NCBI GenBank assembly: GCA_963741155.1
Contig: CAVUHA010000010.1
Coordinates: 620,322-684,321 of the forward strand
Length of the DNA stretch: 64,000 bases
Direction of reading: 5' to 3'
DNA from: an uncultured Alphaproteobacteria bacterium
GTDB taxonomy: Bacteria; Pseudomonadota; Alphaproteobacteria; Rhizobiales; Methyloligellaceae
The notes beneath the pieces were generated by a model. It was not told where the DNA came from. It ran no database searches and saw only the letters and a list, made by a program, of their open reading frames with translations. The stretch's first letter is position 1. Each line of letters starts with the position of its first letter. A program made the translations under genes and the position numbers. Below, piece by piece: positions 60,913-64,000 of the stretch.

Positions 60913-61161
60913 TTAGGTGCCGGTCGTGTCAGTGACGCACTTCTTGGTGAAGCTGTCCTTAGCCGCGCCTGAGAGCTTTTTGTCGCCCGCCTTTTTATCA
61001 CAAGCAGACTGTGCATCTGACTCGCACTTAGTCATAAAGCTGGTTAGTGCGGCCCCGGCTAGCTTTTTAGCATCGGCCTTTGCTTTGCAAGTTTGATCGG
61101 CCGCCGCCGCACCGCCGATGGCAATTCCGGAAAGCAATAACGCTACGAAAAACCGCTTCAT
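60913..61161 (-). CDS. psiF: PsiF-repeat-like small secreted protein (82 aa)
   Basis: SD GGGAGG. Signal peptide MKRFFVALLLSGIAIGGAAA. Two internal repeats, C-KAKADAKKLAGAALTSFMTKC and C-DKKAGDKKLSGAAKDSFTKKC, match the C..A...L.G.A...F..KC pattern of PsiF repeats (recalled). Confidence 0.65.
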   Translation of the reverse strand: MKRFFVALLLSGIAIGGAAAADQTCKAKADAKKLAGAALTSFMTKCESDAQSACDKKAGDKKLSGAAKDSFTKKCVTDTTGT

Positions 61162-61375
61162 TTGAGCCTCCCTGGTTGGATTTTTGCGCAGGGATGCTAC
61201 CGCTGGCCGTCTTTAGCCGCCATTGGCACTTGGACGCAGGTTTCGCCGCGCCTCCGACTTGTTGGACGAGGTTGAGAAGTACTAGTGGGAGCACGGAACC
61301 GTTCAGCCGGAGCGGGGGTTATTTGATTGAACCGGCATCATAGAGCGCCCCACGCCCCCTTGTCGGTTCACCTGC

Positions 61376-61636
61376 CTAAGCCGCCCTGCCCTTCTGAATA
61401 AGTCCCCAACCTAGAAGTATGAGCACGGCACCCACCGTGGCTCCGATAAAGCCGGCATTTTGGTCCGGGCCATACCAGCCGAGGGCCTGCCCGAGATAGG
61501 TCGCGACGAAGGCGCCAATGATGCCAAGGGCCGTTGTTAGAATGAACCCCTGCGGCTCGTTATTGCCCCCGGGGGTAATAAGCTTGGCGACTACGCCCGC
61601 GATAAAGCCAATGATGATGGTTCCGAGAATGTGCAT
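61376..61636 (-). CDS. GlsB/YeaQ/YmgE-family (transglycosylase-associated) small membrane stress protein
   Basis: MHILGTIIIGFIAGVVAKLI...GIIGAFVATYLGQALGWY...GATVGAVLILL. SD AGGGAG. Confidence 0.8.
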   Translation of the reverse strand: MHILGTIIIGFIAGVVAKLITPGGNNEPQGFILTTALGIIGAFVATYLGQALGWYGPDQNAGFIGATVGAVLILLGWGLIQKGRAA

Positions 61637-61729
61637 GTGCGCCGCTCCCTAGATCGTGAGGTGAAGCCCATCATACCTCAATTCGGCGTCGGCTTCGGCC
61701 GGCGCCTTTTTTATGTATGATGTAGGCCC

Positions 61730-61990
61730 ATGATGCAGCGCCTTCAGTTCCTCACTTCCATGCTGTTCCTGATGGCTTGGCTGGCACTCTTGTGGCTGAC
61801 CTCGGCAAGCGCTCTGCAGCCCAAGCTAGAGAGGGTTCATCCCGGGGCGAACGCAGGGCCGAGGTGGCAGGATTTCTTCCTAGGTGCGGGACTATTGATG
61901 CTCGCGGTCATGGCCGGTTTTGTGGACGCTGTGTCTCGCAGAATTTTCGGTCCACCACGCATTCGTCTTAAAGCAATAGTGAAGCATTGA
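61730..61990 (+). CDS. Hypothetical small membrane protein (86 aa)
   Basis: Two hydrophobic segments (LFLMAWLALLWLTSASA and FFLGAGLLMLAVMAGFV). No family recognised. Lies in the AT-richer region. Confidence 0.35.
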   Translation: MMQRLQFLTSMLFLMAWLALLWLTSASALQPKLERVHPGANAGPRWQDFFLGAGLLMLAVMAGFVDAVSRRIFGPPRIRLKAIVKH

Positions 61991-62289
61991 TCGAGAGCCG
62001 CTTCCCGCCGCCCGAACCGTTGAGACGAAGACCCCAAAGGTCTAATTCGTGGAGGGATTTCTCGATTGCCAACTTGCACGTCGCGGTATGGGACGATGAT
62101 CTCGTGGTTAGCCTAGCCCAATCGAGCTACTCGGTCACGCACTACAAGCCGCTTCACTCTCCGGGCCTGCTCGCCAAGAACATTTCGCATCGAGACGATC
62201 CACAAAGCGAAATCAAACTATCCGAGTTTCTTGCTGAGGCATGGAAAGTCGCGAACGACAAGGCGCGTGAGTTAGACTGGATCGTTTGA
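61987..62289 (+). CDS. Hypothetical protein whose first codons (IESRFPPPEP) look like an N-terminal fragment of the RFPPPW small-protein family
   Basis: A 16-nt identity, gccgcttcccgccgcc (61997-62012), with the start region of the 62595 gene (62605-62620). The rest is unrelated. The TTG start is doubtful. Confidence 0.3.
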   Translation: MIESRFPPPEPLRRRPQRSNSWRDFSIANLHVAVWDDDLVVSLAQSSYSVTHYKPLHSPGLLAKNISHRDDPQSEIKLSEFLAEAWKVANDKARELDWIV

Positions 62290-62338
62290 AGCGTTCGGGT
62301 TAGCAGGGCTTGTGAGACGCTAATGAAAGGGGACCGCA

Positions 62339-62602
62339 ATGTCTGACTTTCAGATTGCGCTTTGCGCTCTCGGTCTCTTCATCTTTCTAGCGTTGTGCTT
62401 GCGTTTCTTGGAGAAATTTATGGAGAAGCGCATAGCGCAAGAGGTGGCGGACCAATTGAGCGATGCTTTGGGCAAACGCGAGGAAGCGGAGGAGGCAAAA
62501 AAGCGGCGTGACGCGCGTAAGGACTGGACACCACAAGATTGGCTAAAGGCCAACAGAGAAGCGGCTGATCGGGGTTTAACGATCGAAGATAACCATGACT
62601 GA
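62339..62602 (+). CDS. Small N-terminally membrane-anchored, charged hypothetical protein (87 aa)
   Basis: SD AAAGGGGA lies 7 nt upstream. TM segment IALCALGLFIFLALCLRFL, then a Glu/Lys/Arg-rich helix. The 3' end overlaps the next ATG (ATGACTGA). Confidence 0.5.
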   Translation: MSDFQIALCALGLFIFLALCLRFLEKFMEKRIAQEVADQLSDALGKREEAEEAKKRRDARKDWTPQDWLKANREAADRGLTIEDNHD

Positions 62603-62828
62603 GCGCCGCTTCCCGCCGCCATGGAGCGTCGTGCAGCTCCCCGGCGGCCTCAAGGTGGTCGATGCTCAGGGGCAATCGCTCGCCTATGTCTATTCGCGTA
62701 AACACCCCGCAGACGCGGGCACCGCTGGCGTGCTCACCGAGGATGAGGCTCGACGTATCGCAGCAACATCGCGAAGCTGCCAGGGCTGCTCGCCTAGCGT
62801 TGCGCGATCCCGCGCATCGGCTCGCTGA
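62595..62828 (+). CDS. RFPPPW-motif small protein, probably frameshifted near the C-terminus
   Basis: MTERRFPPPWSVVQLPGGLKVVDAQGQSLAYVYSR...LTEDEARRIAA. After ~62765 the other reading frame gives NIAKLPGLLA-stop (TAG 62795-97). That matches the RRIASNIAKLP module of the remnant at 63342, whereas the actual frame gives TSRSCQGCSPS... Confidence 0.5.
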   Translation: MTERRFPPPWSVVQLPGGLKVVDAQGQSLAYVYSRKHPADAGTAGVLTEDEARRIAATSRSCQGCSPSVARSRASAR

Positions 62829-62970
62829 GCAGGCCCTTTGCGGCGGCCTGTACCGCTTCGGCTAGCGCACTGTCACGGCACGGCTTGCACATGCGATCTG
62901 GCTCAGTTGCGATCTGGGCGCACTTGCCTGCTTTGTGGCCATGCGTCTCCGATGGGCACTGACACTTCAT
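62794..62970 (-). CDS. Unlisted Cys-rich micro-ORF (58 aa)
   Basis: Below the track's size cutoff. My own translation: MKCQCPSETHGHKAGKCAQIATEPDRMCKPCRDSALAEAVQAAAKGLLSEPMRGIAQR. Strong SD AGGAG 4 nt upstream (AGCAGGAGCCATG). Five Cys in a CxC...C...CxxC arrangement. Confidence 0.45.
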   Translation of the reverse strand: MKCQCPSETHGHKAGKCAQIATEPDRMCKPCRDSALAEAVQAAAKGLLSEPMRGIAQR

Positions 62971-63027
62971 GGCTCCTGCTCAAGGGGCGCAGCGTACTAC
63001 CCCCAAGGTGGACGGTCGATGACAGGT

Positions 63028-63312
63028 TCAAGCGCCAACTAGGCCTTTAATGGCTTTGCCGAACACATGTCGGGCCTTGATCAACACGTCCTGTTCGACT
63101 TCTCGTTGCGACGAGCTTCCTCTGGTTCGAAAGGAGAAGATGGCGGTTGCCAGCATTTCGCCCCCATCGTCATCCGCGTCTCGTAACTCGACGTACGCTC
63201 GTTTGGTTTTGCGGTCGTATCGTGCCTGCGCCAATGTGAATGTCATTTCCCACCCCACAAGCAAAAGCCCCGGCACGTTTGGAGTGCGCCGGGGCTGGGA
63301 AGTTGTGATCAT
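63028..63312 (-). CDS. Small hypothetical protein (94 aa, or 72 aa from the internal ATG 63246)
   Basis: MTFTLAQARYDRKTKRAYVELRDADDDGGEMLATAIFSFRTRGSSSQREVEQDVLIKARHVF. No family recognised. It lies 57 nt upstream of the Cys-rich micro-ORF on the same strand. Confidence 0.45.
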   Translation of the reverse strand: MITTSQPRRTPNVPGLLLVGWEMTFTLAQARYDRKTKRAYVELRDADDDGGEMLATAIFSFRTRGSSSQREVEQDVLIKARHVFGKAIKGLVGA

Positions 63313-63341
63313 CGGAGAATGGCGGAGGTTAGCGCGCCTGA

Positions 63342-63503
63342 ATGACAGGATTGTTACATCGAAGAAGAGACTCCCCCCTGGCCCTGCTCACCGAGGACGA
63401 GGCAAGACGCATCGCAAGCAACATCGCTAAGCTGCCGTCCGCACTGTTCGCAATTGCTTTTTATTCTCTCCCCCCGGGGGTCATGCCCTGGGGTGGGTGG
63501 TAG
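63342..63503 (+). pseudogene. Internally deleted remnant of the RFPPPW-family gene
   Basis: It translates as MTGLLHRRRDSPLALLTEDEARRIASNIAKLPSALFAIAFYSL... The module ctcaccgaggacgaggcaagacgcatcgcaagcaacatcgctaagctgcc is, by eye, mostly identical to 62733-62781. The middle (RFPPPW...AYVY) is missing. Confidence 0.5.
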
Positions 63504-63669
63504 CTTGACTCCACAGCCCGTAGGAAGGCGCTACAAACTCAAAGGTCTCATGGCTTGATGGCGGCTCCTGACTATCAGACCATCGGCTCGCAGCTGTGTA
63601 ACCGTGGCAGATCGGGAGCGTAGCCGCTTGGGGTTCTAATCAGGGATAAGGTGCTCACCGAGGAGCGCG

Positions 63670-64000
63670 CTAGGCCTTCTGCCGCGCGAGCCAGATAGCG
63701 AGGTCTTGCAAGATCGCGCCGACATCGATCTCCGGCACTTTAAGCGCGGCGGCGATGTCATGCAGCTTCTTGCGCTCTTCCTTGGCGACGCGTTCGTCCG
63801 CCAACAGCACGAGATAGCACGCCCGGATAATCTCCTTTTTGGTCTCCTCATCCAAGCTTCGGGCCGCGTCGGAGAGCCCCGCGAGCAGGCCACCGTCGCG
63901 CCCATCCGCCTCCGCCGCGGCCGTGATCTCCTCAGGCTCAAGCGATCGTCCCGACAGGTCGCGATAGATTTGTTGGATGAGCCTGATCTCCCGCTCGTCG
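63670..64000 (-). CDS. TerB-like (tellurite-resistance TerB / DjlA N-domain-like) protein, C-terminal part only (ORF enters from beyond the right edge)
   Basis: My own translation shows the frame open from nt 63999: DEREIRLIQQIYRDLSGRSLEPEEI...ETKKEIIRACYLVLLADERVAKEERKKLHDIAAALKVPEIDV. The track lists only the last 61 aa. The family call is from pattern memory. Confidence 0.45.
   Translation of the reverse strand, partial: DEREIRLIQQIYRDLSGRSLEPEEITAAAEADGRDGGLLAGLSDAARSLDEETKKEIIRACYLVLLADERVAKEERKKLHDIAAALKVPEIDVGAILQDLAIWLARQKA

Noticed and set aside
61224-61238. TGGCAC-ttgga-CGCA sigma-54-like motif between psiF and the glsB-like gene
   Set aside because: The GG-to-GC spacing is one nucleotide too short, and the motif points toward the 3' end of a convergently oriented gene.
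63630-63646. GGGGTTCTAATCAGGG, resembling a tRNA T-loop (possible att remnant)
   Set aside because: The flanks do not form a complementary T-stem, there is no acceptor-stem partner and no CCA context. It is most likely chance.

Overview
This is a GC-rich chromosomal segment that looks alphaproteobacterial (Hyphomicrobiales/Rhizobiales-like gene order). That placement comes from motifs and synteny recalled from memory, not from a search. About 90% of the window is tightly packed housekeeping operons, listed here in order. rlpA, dac, tmk, holB, metG, tatD and an MBL hydrolase. rhlE plus three small basic ORFs. SDR, purF, cvpA. radA, alr, dnaB. rplI, a membrane protein, rpsR, rpsF. fabD, fabG, acpP, fabF, mltG. 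yicC, gmk. rsmA, pdxA, a surA-like gene, lptD, lptG, lptF. pepA, mazG. hflX, hfq. ntrX, ntrY, ntrC, ntrB. ispDF, cinA. An SRPBCC gene, lipA. lpdA, pdhC, gfa, pdhB, pdhA. Many gene pairs are joined by 1-4 nt stop/start overlaps (ATGA, GTGA, TTGA, TGATG), and I used these to re-place several starts that the ORF track over-extends. I found no rRNA, tRNA, CRISPR array, transposase or integrase. Three regions are not ordinary core. (1) At the left edge a TPR plus beta-barrel outer-membrane protein (Slam/DUF560-like, type XI secretion-like) sits directly upstream of a very large secreted FecR-domain protein. That ORF is missing from the supplied track because it runs off the window. (2) The pyruvate dehydrogenase operon has an E2 gene with no lipoyl domain. 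The only lipoyl domain is fused to E1-beta, and a GFA-family gene is tightly wedged between pdhB and pdhC. (3) The last ~3 kb is visibly more AT-rich. It is a small-ORF island with PsiF-like, GlsB/YeaQ-like and TerB-like genes, an unlisted Cys-rich micro-ORF, and three copies or remnants of an RFPPPW-motif small-protein family in different states of decay. All family assignments are from motifs read by eye and need HMM or BLAST confirmation.
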